Both the position numbers and the translations under genes were made by a program. Below are positions 37,577-49,788 of a stretch of DNA of 64,000 nt, piece after piece. The DNA comes from Octopus sinensis. Taxonomy: Eukaryota. The stretch is from positions 30,628,001 through 30,692,000 of the forward strand of contig NC_043013.1 of assembly GCF_006345805.1 (NCBI RefSeq), written 5' to 3'. The notes beneath the pieces were generated by a model. It did not search any database. It worked only from the letters and a program-made list of their open reading frames with translations, and was not told the origin of the DNA. The stretch's first letter is position 1. The number at the start of each line of letters is the position of its first letter.

Positions 37577-40500
37577 GAATTACTGATTCTCGTGCCGCTT
37601 AACGATTTTGAGTAATGTGTGAATTACTGATTTTCTTGCCGCTTAACGATTTTGAGTAATGTGTGAATTACTGATTTTCGTGTCACTTGACGATTTTGAG
37701 TAATGTGTGAATTACTGATTCTCGTGCCGCTTGACGATTTTGAGTAATGTGTGAATTACTGATTCTAGTGCTGCTTGACGATTTTGAGTAATGTGTGAAT
37801 TACTGATGCTCGTGCCGCTTAAGAATTTTGAGTAATGTGAGAGTTACTGATTTTCGTGTAGCTTGACGATTTTGAGTGATGTGTGAATAACTGATTCTCG
37901 TGCCGGTTAACGATTTTGAGTAATATGTGAATTACTGATTCTAGTGCTGCTTGACGATTTTGAGTAATGTGTGAATTACTGATTCTCGTGACGCTTGACG
38001 ATTTTGAGTAATGTGTGAATTACTGATTCTCGTGCCGTTTAATGATTTAGAGTAATGTGTGAATTACTGATTCTAGTGCTGCTTGACGATTTTGAGTAAT
38101 GTGTGAATTACTAATTCGCGTGCAGCTTGACGATTTTGAGTAATGTGTGAATTACTGATTCTCGTGCTGCTTGACGATTTTGAGTAATGTGTGAATTACT
38201 GATTCTCGTGCTGCTTGACGATTTTGAGTAATGTGTGAATTACTGATTCTCGTGCTGCTTGACGATTTTGAGTAATATGTGAATTACTGATTCTCGTGCC
38301 GCTTGACGATTTTGAGTATTGTGTGAATTACTGATTCTCGTGCTGCTTGACGATTTTGAGTAATGTGTGAATGAATGATTCTCGTGCTGCTTGACGATTT
38401 TGAGTAATGTGTGAATTACTGATTCTCGTGCTGCTTGACGATTTTGAGTAATGTGTGAATTACTGATTCTCGTGCCGCTTGACGATTTTGAGTAATGTGT
38501 GAATTACTGATTCTCGTGCTGCTTGACGATTTTGAGTAATGTGTGAATTACTGATTCTCGTGCTGCTTGACGATTTTGAGTAATATGTGAATTACTGATT
38601 CTCGTGCCGCTTGACGATTTTGAGTGATGTGTGAATTACTGATTCTCGTGCTGCTTGACGATTTTGAGTAATGTGTGAATTACTGATTCTCGTGCTGCTT
38701 GACGATTTTGAGTAATATGTGAATTACTGATTCTCGTGCCGCTTGACGATTTTGAGTGATGTGTGAATTACTGATTCTCGTGCTGCTTGACGATTTTGAG
38801 TAATGTGTGAATTACTGATTCTCGTGCTGCTTGACGATTTTGAGTTATGTGTTAATTCCTGATTTTCGTGGCGTTTGACGATTTTGAGTAATGTGTGAAT
38901 TACTGATTCTCGTGCCACTTGACGATTTTGAGTAATGTGTGAATTACTGATTCTAGTGCTGCTTGACGATTTTGAGTAATGTGTGAATTACTGATTCTAG
39001 TGCTGCTTGACGATTTTGAGTAATGTGTGAATTACTGATTCTCGTGCTGCTTGACGATTTTGAGTAATATGTGAATTACTGATTCTCGTGCCGCTTGACG
39101 ATTTTGAGTAATGTGTGAATTACTGATTCTCTTGCTGCTTGACGATTTTGAGTAATGTGTGAATTACTGATTCTCGTGCTGCTTGACGATTTTGAGTAAT
39201 GTGTGAATTACTGATTCTCGTGCCGCTTGACGATTTTGAGTAATGTGTGAATTACTGATTCTCGTGCTGCTTGACGATTTTGAGTAATGTGTGAATTACT
39301 GATTCTCGTGCTGCTCGACGATTTTGAGTAATGTGTGAATTACTCATTTTCGTGGCGTTTGACGATTTTGAGTAATGTGTGAATTACTGATTCTCGTGCC
39401 ACTTGACGATTTTGAGTAATGTGTGATTTACTGATTCTCGTGCCACTTGACGATTTTGAGAAATATGTGAATTACTGATTCTCGTGCCACTTGACGAATT
39501 TGAGTAATGTGTGAATTACTGATTCTAGTGTTGCTTGACGATTTTGAGTAATGTGTGAATTACTGATTCTAGTGCTGCTTAACGATTTTGAGTAATGTGT
39601 GAATTACTGATGCTCGTGGTGCTTAACGATTTTGAGTAATGTGTGAATTACTGATGCTCGTGCTGCTTAACGATTTTGAGTAATGTGTGAATTACTGATT
39701 CTAGTGCTGCTTAACAATTTTGAGTAATGTGTGAATTACTGATTCTAGTGCCGTTTAATAATTTTGAGTAATGTGTGAATTACTGATTCTCGTGCCGCTT
39801 GACGATTTTGAGTAATGTGTGAATTACTGATTCTAGTGCTCCTTGACGATTTTGAGTAATGTGTGAATTACTGATTCTCGTGCCGCTTAACGATTTTGAG
39901 TAATGTAAGAGTTACTAATTTTCGTGTCGCTTGACGATTTTGAGTAATGTGTGAATAACTGATTCTCGTGCCGCTTAACGATTTTGAGTAATGTGTGAAT
40001 AACTGATTCTCGTGCTGCTTAACGATTTTGAGTAATGTGTGAATTACTGATGCTAGTGCTGCTTGACGATTTTGAATAATGTGTGAATTACTGATTCTAG
40101 TGCTGCTTGACGATTATGAGTAATATGTGAAGTACTGATTCTCGTGCCGTTTAATGATTTTGAGTAATGTGTGAGTTACTGATTTTCGTGTCGCTTGACG
40201 ATTTTGAGTAATGTGTGAATTACTGACTCTCGTGCTGCTTGACGATTTTGAGTAATGTGTGAATAACTGATAGTAGTGCTGCTTAACGATTTTGAGTAAT
40301 GTGTTAATTACTGATTCTCATGAACCTTGACGGTTTTGAGTAATATGTTAATTACTGATTCTAGTGCTGCTTGACGATTTTGAGTAATATGTGAATTACT
40401 GATTCTCGTGCCGCTTAACGATTTTGAGTAATGTGTGAATTACTGATTTTTTTGTCGCTTGACGATTTTGAGTAACGTGTGAATTACTGATTCTCGTGCC

Positions 40501-41889
40501 GCTTAACGATTTTGAGTAATGTGTGAATTACTGATTTTCGTGGCGTTTGACGATTTTGAGTAATGTGTGAATTACTGATTTTCTTGCCGCTTGACGATTT
40601 TGTGTAATGTGTGAATTACTGATTCTCGTGCCGCTTAACGATTTTGAGTAATGTGTGAATTACTGATGCTCGTGCTGCTTAACGATTTTGAGTAATGTGT
40701 GAATTACTGATGCTCGTGCTGCTTAACGATTTTGAGTAATGAGTGAATTACTGATTCTAGTGCTGCTTAACGATTTTGAGTAATGTGTGAATTACTGATT
40801 CTAGTGCCGTTTAATAATTTTGAGTAATGTGTGAATTTCCTGATTCTCGTGACGCTTGACGATTTTGAGTAATGTGTGAATTACTGATTCTCGTGCCGTT
40901 TAATGATTTTGAGTAATGTGTGAATTCCTCATTCTAGTGCTGCTTGACGATTTTGAGTAATGTGTGAATTACTGAGTCTCGTGCTGCTTGACGATTTTGA
41001 GTAATGTGTGAATTACTGATTCTCGTGCTGCTTGACGATTTTGAGTAATGTGTGAATTACTGATTCTCGTGCTGCTTGACGATTTTGAGTAATGTGTGAA
41101 TTACTGATTCTCGTGCTGCTTGACGATTTTGAGTAATGTGTGAATTACTGATTCTCGTGCTGCTTGACGATTTTGAGTAATGTGTGAATTACTGATTCTC
41201 GTGCAGCTTGACGATTTTGAGTAATGTGTGAATTACTGATTCTCGTGCTGCTTGACGATTTTGAGTAATGTGTGAATTACTGATTCTCGTGCTGCTTGAC
41301 GATTTTGAGTAATGTGTGAATTACTGATTCTCGTGCTGCTTGACGATTTTGAGTAATATGTGAATTACTGATTCTCGTGCTGCTTGACGATTTTGAGTAA
41401 TGTGTGAATTACTGATTCTCGTGCTGCTTGACGATTTTGAGTAACGTGTGAATTACTGATTCTCGTGCCGTTTAATGATTTTGAGTAATGTGTGAATTAC
41501 TGATACTCGTGTTGCTTGACGATTTTGAGTAATGTGTGAATTACTGATTTTCGTGGCGTTTGACGATTTTGAGTAATGTGTGAATTACTGATACTCGTGT
41601 TGCTTGACGATTTTGAGTAATGTGTGAATTACTGATTCTCGTGACCCATGACGATTTTGAGTAATGTGTGAATTACTGATTCTCGTGCCGTTTAATGATT
41701 TTGAGTTATGTGTGAATTACTGATTCTAGTGCTGCTTAACGATTTTGAGTAATGTGTGAATTACTGATACTCGTGTTGCTTGACGATTTTGAGTAATGTG
41801 TGAATTACTGATTCTCGTGCCGCTTGACGATTTTGAGTGATGTGTGAATTACTGATTCTCGTGCCGCTTGACGATTTTGATTAATGTGT
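37577..41889. repeat. 44-bp tandem satellite, ~98 units
   Basis: Consensus GAATTACTGATTCTCGTGCTGCTTGACGATTTTGAGTAATGTGT; period checked (41041 to 41085); 4313/44 = 98. Confidence 0.97.
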
Positions 41890-41979
41890 CCAACGGCTTA
41901 CAGTTGTACTTGTATGTACTTCTCTTCATTACAATGGCATGCTGTATAGTTCTTGGTTTTTGTAAAAAAAAAGAATCAG

Positions 41980-42130
41980 TTAATTATGCTTATATTCAAC
42001 ATATACTACTCTCAGATTGACACACTTATTGCAGCTGTGGTTTCAGTTTCTTTGAACCCTATGAAAGAATTCGGTATGTAGGGCTCCAAACTAGGCCTTC
42101 TCGATACTCTTAAAGGCGGAACTATTTCTA
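41980..42130. mobile_element. Mariner-derived MITE remnant
   Basis: ATTCAACATAT..CTCTCAGATTGACACACTTATTGCAGC...CCAAACTAGGCCTT..CGATACTCTTAAAG, the same family as 6517 and 51820. Confidence 0.55.
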
Positions 42131-42572
42131 GATATACACTCAAACACACACAGGCGCGCACGGACACATATACGGCATATACAGCAGCTAGACATATAGC
42201 ATTATTACTGGAGAATGTTAAAAGTCCATAACCCTAGTAATTGCAACTTTGCAACTCTCATAATTTTCTAATTTCCTTATTTGCATAACATACAATATCA
42301 TACACACACAGAGGAAACACCCACACGATATACCTGCTCATACACTTTCCCCCTTCATATATATATATTTGTGTGTACGTGTGTGTGTGTATTATATATA
42401 CATTTATGTGTGTATGTGTACGTATACATGCACATTTATAGAGAGAGGGAGAAAGTAGATGAGAAAGGGTGGATAAACGAATGAGAGATAAGGTCAAAAT
42501 CGCTTAACTAATGCCAGGGCGTTAGGGTTGTGTAGGAAATATTAAATCACGCGGGACTGAATATTAGTATGT

Positions 42573-42574
42573 TA

Positions 42575-42669
<95 letters not shown>

Positions 42670-42803
42670 TGATGATAATAATAATAATTATAATTATAAT
42701 AATAATGATGATAATAATTATAATAATAATAATGATGATGATAATAATAATAATTATAATTATAATAATAATGATGATAATAATTATAATAATAATAATG
42801 ATG

Positions 42804-42834
<31 letters not shown>
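42573..42834. repeat. (AAT)n array with GAT/TAT variants and a 66-bp internal duplication
   Basis: The variant pattern at 42665 recurs at 42731. Confidence 0.9.
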
Positions 42835-42836
<2 letters not shown>

Positions 42837-44976
42837 ATGGTTAGCAAGTGGAATTACTTACCTACTCCCAAAGAATAACGAAACCAACCTTCCAAAAAAC
42901 TATCGGCCTATAACCTGTCTATCCACCACGTATAAAATCCTAACATCTATCCTGGCGGAGAAAACATATGCATTCATGGAGAAGAACGATATTTTCCCCA
43001 TTGAACAAAAAGGGTGCCGCCGAGGCTCTTACGGATGCAAAGATCAACTGCTAATCAATCGTATGATCCTTGAGAACTGTCACAACAAGCGCAGAAATCT
43101 CAGCACCGCATGGATTGACTATAAAAAGGCCTTCGACAGTATACCACATCCATGGATCTTGAGATCGCTGGACATCTTCAAAATTTCCCCTGTGATTTCA
43201 AACTTCCTGAAGCACAATATGTCGTTGTGGAATACGAATCTCCAATTATACCACTCTAATGGAGTACTTGCCTCAGAAAATATAAACATCAACTGTGGAA
43301 TTTTTCAAGGTGACTCACTCTCACCTTTAATATTCTGCATAGCCCTAATACCCCTTACAAGTGAATTAAACAGAACAGGGTATGGGTATAAAATTGCCAA
43401 TAAAAAAATAAGCCATCTATTTTATATGGATGACTTAAAACTTTATGGTAAAGACAATAATGAACTTGAAGGCCTATTGCGCACCGTGAAAGCATTCAGC
43501 GATGACATCGGGATGGAGTTTGGACTTGAGAAGTGTGCCAAGGCCACTTTCCAGAAAGGGAAAGTGAAGACCACAAATTCAGTCGTGTTAGATGTTGACA
43601 CAGTCATAAGAGAGCTTGAGCAAGAACAAACATACAAATATTTAGGGATAAATGAAGGCTCTGGTATTCAGCATGCAAGCATGAAAGAGAAAATCAGGAA
43701 GGAATGTTATAGGAGAGTTCGTGCAGTCCTGAAATCTGAACTAAATGCACGTAACAAGGTGTTAGCTATAAATTCCCTAGCAGTTCCAGTTGTTACTTAT
43801 AGCTACAATGTGTTGAACTGGAATATGAGTGAAGTAAAGAATATAGATAGAAAAATACGCAAGCTGCTGAGTTGTAATAGGATGCACCACCCAAAGGCAG
43901 ACGTAGATCGCCTTTACCTTCCCAGAGCCCAAGGAGGTCGAGGCCTGATCCAATTTGAACTAGCTTACAAAACAACCACAATTGGACTGGCCAAATATCT
44001 CGAAATATCGAATGACTGGATGCTAAAGCTCGTGGAAAATCACGAGAGACGAAAGAAGCTTCATTCTATCATCAAGGAAAGCAAAAAATTTGCTATTGAT
44101 CTCGTGCAGGATACCCAAACTGAACAACCCGAGGGAAGTACGGCAACTATTGTTGCAAAGAAGGTGAAAATGATGGCAATGAAAAAAGCGCACGAGCAAT
44201 TGGCTGATAGGTGGGAGGAGAAACCTCTGCACGGCAAATATGTGACCCGCAGCAAACAAGCTGATGTTGACCAGAAGCAAACCCATCAGTGGCTGCGGAG
44301 CTCAGGGCTAAAAGCAGAGAGCGAAGGTTTCATCCTGGCTGCACAAGATCAAAGCCTATTAACCCGGAACTACCAGGCCAACGTGATGAAAAATGGAGCA
44401 GACCCAAAATGCCGATTCTGCAACGACATGATTGAAACAGTGGACCACCTAATCTCTGGATGTAAAGTCTTAGCACCAGTGGAGTATAAATTAAGACATG
44501 ACAGAGTTGGCCAATATCTCCACTGGCTAATAAGTCGGCATTACAATATCAAAACTGCCGACAAGTGGTATAATCACCACCCTGAGGCTGTAACTGAAGG
44601 AGAAAATGTAACGATTCTGTGGGACTTTCCAGTACATACAGACCGAACCATTAAGGCCAATAAACCAGATATTGTTGTGAATGACCAAAACAATAAAGTT
44701 TGCTTATTGATCGACATGTGCATCCCCTGTGATCATAATATCTCAGCGAAAGAGTTTGACAAGCTCAGAAAATATAAAGACCTACTCATTGAAATTGAGA
44801 AAATGTGGCATCTCAAGGCGGTTACAATACCAGTGATCGTAGGAGCACTAGGAATGATCAAGAAGGGAACCGAAAATTATATGAGAATGATCCCTGGCTT
44901 ACCATCCCTGCAAGAAGTGCAAAAGATTGTCTTAACTGGTACATCACACGTATTGAGAAGAGCATTGTCGATGTGA
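42835..44976 (+). CDS. R4/Dong-clade non-LTR retrotransposon ORF (RT + CCHC + restriction-like endonuclease), 5'-truncated, uninterrupted
   Basis: Open frame of 713 codons from EWLASGITYLLPK (first Met 42976): NYRPITCL, QKGCRRG, WIDYKKAFDS, GIFQGDSLSP, YMDD (43423), YKYLG, CRFC...DHLISGC, RHD, KPDIVV..LID and KYKDL. Confidence 0.93.
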
Positions 44977-45150
44977 GAACTGTTGCTGCTCATGTATTTT
45001 AATTTAACTTAAAAAAAAAAAAAAAAAAAATGAACGAACTACTGAGTTTGGTTTAATGGCCTATCAATATACACTATGAGTTTCTTTGCCCTAGGAGTCG
45101 GGAAGACACTCGGCAAGAAATGGAAGAAAATTTGAAAGAAGAAAAAAAAA

Positions 45151-45152
<2 letters not shown>
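42835..45152 (+). mobile_element. Young R4/Dong element inserted in (AAT)n
   Basis: ORF plus ~175-bp 3' UTR, flanked by (AAT)n arrays on both sides. Confidence 0.9.
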
Positions 45153-45208
<56 letters not shown>

Positions 45209-45222
45209 TAATAATAATAGTA

Positions 45223-45253
<31 letters not shown>

Positions 45254-45796
45254 GTACCAGGCAGTGGCTCACATGGCTTCTGATCTTAACTGATTGGAAG
45301 TGTTATCATGTACATTGTTTTGTCTTGGTATAAAAGATGGGCTACAGCAAATATTCTGCTCAATACCACAGATTTGCTTGTCAGTTGTTTGACCTTAACC
45401 AGTTGAGCATGTCCCTTAGTGGCTGACGATATGTGCATCTCTGATCACGAGCAGAAGTAGTGGGGGAGCATCATAGCCATGTGTTGAGAGGGATTCTTTA
45501 GGGTTTGAATAACTCACCTCTGGAAACATGGGTGGTTCTTTCAACATCCTTAAACAACCCTTATTCAGGGACCTTTTGAGCGGGATGGGTTACTCGACCA
45601 GAAGAAAGTTCTAACTGGGCCCCACCTGCAAGGTCATGTGCTGTTTATCTTGATATGAGATCACCATGTCGCGCACATATGGTTGTGATGCATGTGCCTG
45701 GTGTACCTTTATCAGACGGGTAGTCATGATGGGTATATTGGGCTTCGTATATTTTACCCCAGTGTCACTTTGATGGCATGAACTGCTCTCTCACTC
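45254..45796. mobile_element. ~545-bp non-coding interspersed element in (AAT)n, copy 1
   Basis: Aligns end-to-end with 45922-46472; bounded by AAT arrays; no convincing ORF. Confidence 0.75.
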
Positions 45797-45852
<56 letters not shown>

Positions 45853-45860
45853 TAATAATA

Positions 45861-45904
<44 letters not shown>

Positions 45905-45921
45905 AATAATAATAATAATAA

Positions 45922-46472
45922 GGCCCTGATGCAGTACCAGATTGTGGCTTTCATTGCTTGTGATCTTAACTGAATGGAAGTGATATCATGTATATTGTCT
46001 AGTCTTGCTATAAAAGAAGGGCTACAGCAAATATCCTGTTCAATGCCACAGATTTGTTTCTCAGTTGTGTGACCTTAACCTATTAAGCATGTTCCTTAAT
46101 GGCTGACGATATGTGCCTCTCTGATCACGAGCGGAAGTAGTGGGGTAGCATCATAGCCATGTGTTGAGAGGGATTATTTGGAGTTTGAATAATTCACCTT
46201 CGGAAACGTGTGTTTTGTTCAACATCCTTAAACAACCCTTATTCAGGGACCTTTTCAGCGGGATGTGCTACTCAGCCTTAAGGAAATTCTAACTGAGCCT
46301 CACCTGCAAGGTCATGTGCAGTTAATCTTGATATGAGACCACCATGTCGAGTACATATGTTGGTTATGCATGTGCCTGGTGTACCCTTATCAGACGGGTA
46401 GTCGTGATGGGTATACTGGGCTTCGTATATTTTACGCCAGTGTCCCTTTGGTGGAATGCATTGCTCTCTCTC
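45922..46472. mobile_element. ~550-bp non-coding interspersed element in (AAT)n, copy 2 (more diverged)
   Basis: Begins GGCCCTGATGCAGTACC, about 11 nt longer at the left end than copy 1; ends TGCTCTCTCTC before AAT/GAT repeats. Confidence 0.75.
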
Positions 46473-46684
46473 AAATAATGATGATAATAATAATAATGAT
46501 AATGATGACAATGGACTCTCTCGTCAAAGACGAAGTATGATCAGTCAACATTCGCTGAACAACCTGCACACATGATTTGTTTATTGTGATCAAATGTTGG
46601 TGCTGTGCATTAGCTCCCTTTCTCCATCTAATCAACATTCTCTGAACAGTTACACTGTGTACCATGCGGCAGGTGTCGAAGTGA

Positions 46685-47125
46685 TCGCAGGGCAGAGAAG
46701 GCGGGAGAGATATGCGGTGATACACATCTGGAAAATCGTGGAGGGTCTTGTTCCAAACTTTGGCATTCAAAGTTACCCCAACCGCAGAACGGGGCGCCAC
46801 TGCATGGTGCCAAAGATTCCAACATCACCATCAAAATACAGGTCCAGATACTGCAACAGCTTGGGTTTCAGAGGACCACAGCTCTTTAGCAGCCTCCTTA
46901 AATGCCTGAGAGATGTGGGTTTCTTTAAAACTAAACTGGATCTCTTCTTGTCGGGGGTCCCAGATGAACCTACCTCACGACAGGAGACAAAGATGCGGGC
47001 AGCGGCATCGAACTCCGTTGTTGATCAAGTGCCACGTATTAGAGGTGGATTCACATATTAGTGTAGCTCATTCAGCGGTGGTGCCCCAGCATGGCCCCGG
47101 CCTTCAGGCTAAAACATTTTTAAGG
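46685..47125 (+). mobile_element. CR1-like LINE 3' end
   Basis: RRRERYAVIHIWKIVEGLVPN...RTGRHCMVP...GPQLF...FKTKLDLFLSGVPDEP...RAAASNS, then the 3' tail GGTGCCCCAGCATGGCC...GCTAAAACATTTTTAAGGATTTAAGGA. Confidence 0.75.
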
Positions 47126-47184
47126 ATTTAAGGATATATGTATAAATATATAGATATATATACACACACACACACACACACACG

Positions 47185-47296
<112 letters not shown>

Positions 47297-49752
47297 GAGC
47301 AAAAATGCAATACAGACCATTAAAACATTCGGACAGATAGACGATACATAGGTGGACAAGAGAAACAACAATTAGGACAGGCAAAAGAATACGGGACATT
47401 CGAGGCTTTAACCGTCTAAGGGATAAAAGTATCCCTTATACTACCGGTATAATTATAAACACAATTATTAAAAACTATTATGATTACTTCAAAACATTAT
47501 TGTTTCTTCACACCTTCTATGATTAAACTTATTGGCGTATCCCATTATTGTAAATGTTTAATTTTTACTTTTTTCTTATTATCCACCCTATAATCCTCAA
47601 AGAAAAAAAATAACCCATCAATTATTATTTTAAATTTAGTCATTTACTCAATGTCCCAAAGTGGTGTGATTTAAACATATTCAGGCTCTCCTTTTTCTAG
47701 GTTCCCCTTCTTTTCATTTACGTATGTATTTTCCTTCACCCTGTTGAAGCCCCATGTTCTAGATCAGCTTTATTACCAAATATGATGGATATTATTTTTT
47801 AGCATATCAATGGCAATACCATAATAAGATTGAAGCATAAATAGCTGTTAAATAGGATGCAGTGTGTTTGTATTGAATTAAAAAATAATAATTGAGGTAA
47901 GTCAATTGCTGTTGATAAATATTTCTCCATTTGCTGTTAACTTTATATATACATATATATTGAACACACATTTATCGGTGTGTGCGCCTCTCCGTAAGCG
48001 TTCAATCATGAAACGTTTTAGTCATTACTATGTCTTGTCTTCAGTGCAATTTTAAAATGCTTAGCTGTTCATTTCCCCAACTTTATTTAACGTTGTTTTC
48101 ATGTCCCTTACAGCAGTGCCATACATTTCTTCCTCAAGGTGTCCTTCCATTTGCATTTAAATGGAAATACTGTTTATTTATATATGTTTTAAACACCTAT
48201 AGATGTATTCATGTGTCAAACTTAATTCTTATCTAACCGACATTTCTTATTTAGATGCCCTTGGAGTTTAAATAAAGTTATCTAAAATCGTTTCTTTATC
48301 GCCATCTGCTACACCGGATTTAACTTATTTTCTTTATTAGACCCCAAGCCGTTTAGATGGTCTATATCTACCAAACAGAAACTAGAATTATATGAATATT
48401 TATTTATATAAACATTTTTATTTTGGTGACATTTACATTACTATTTGTTAGCGTGATTGTCGGTTGTTTTGCTTAGGGCCAATTGATATAAAGATTGTTT
48501 TACAAACTCTCATGATATTTGTTTGTGCATTCGTTTGTTTATTTGATTCGGCATGCCGTTTTTTTATCTTGTGAGTGTGAAAGATAAAGGAATGTGACTC
48601 ACTCATAAGAATTATTTTTGTTATTAATAAAAATGAAAGTTCGACTGATAAGCAGAAAAAAAGTATTGACATATATAGTGCCGTATAGGAGTGAGGGTAC
48701 TGTGAAGAACGTTATTAATTTGCCCCGAGTTATTTATTTTTTATTTCATAACATTGAGTTACGGATTCTCAATATCATTTTTCAATTTTGTTTCTCCAGA
48801 AGCTATGAAAGACTTGTACTTTAGAAGAATTTGTTCGATTTTATCACTGCTTTCGAAATCCTATGCTTTTCTATAATTTAAGAAACCAATATTTAAGTAG
48901 AAGACTGGCTGTTTAGATCAGTAGTTGGAAGTTCAATAAAGAGAACGTAACAGAAAGCAAAACAAGATTCCCTTTCTTTTTTGAAGTTACTTATTTTCAC
49001 TCGTTTTTTCTTAAGTAATCATTCGAATATCATAACTGCTCCGATTTAACATATTTATGTGGAAATTATGCTTGAACAAACAAATACACACAAATGAAAA
49101 ATATGAAATAAAATGATTATAGTTATGAATTGAAGCTGAGGAGAATATCCATAAATTGGATGTATATGTAAGAACACTTAGGATATAGGATAAGATATTA
49201 AAAATGCAGGTTAGTATAACCATACCTGCGAGCACACAGACACTGATAACTACACAAATACATACACACTCTGCTCTGTATACCACACATCATAATAAAT
49301 ATTCCAAAATATCTAAAATATAGGGAATATTATTAAGTGTTATAGAGCAAGGATTGTGTCTCATTCACTACTACATGCTAAAACTGACTACGAGGCCTCA
49401 GATTTTAAGCTGTATATATGTGCATTTTGAAGGGAGCAATGATTATTTTAGAGCAGTTGTGAGTCGACTTTATGTGGGTTTTTTTTAGATGTCACACCAG
49501 AAATAACTCATCTTGACATAGTGATATTGAATTTTAATATATATTCCATTTATACTCCTTCAGTATTACTTCTAATTGATATTCAACGTATTCCGTTTGT
49601 TTATACATTTACCAACTTTTCAACCATATTTATAGGCCATATGATCGTTGAGTTTTTGCGTTTAGCCCTTACCATAAAATCATTAACTGTTCTGCTACTG
49701 TTATCCGATTTTTAAAAGGTAGCATTTGTTATATACATCTACACACACACAT

Positions 49753-49788
<36 letters not shown>

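Noticed and set aside
37577-41889. CRISPR array or coding repeat (ORF 38724-38918)
   Set aside because: Head-to-tail units have no unique spacers, there are no cas genes, and the 44-bp period is not a multiple of 3.
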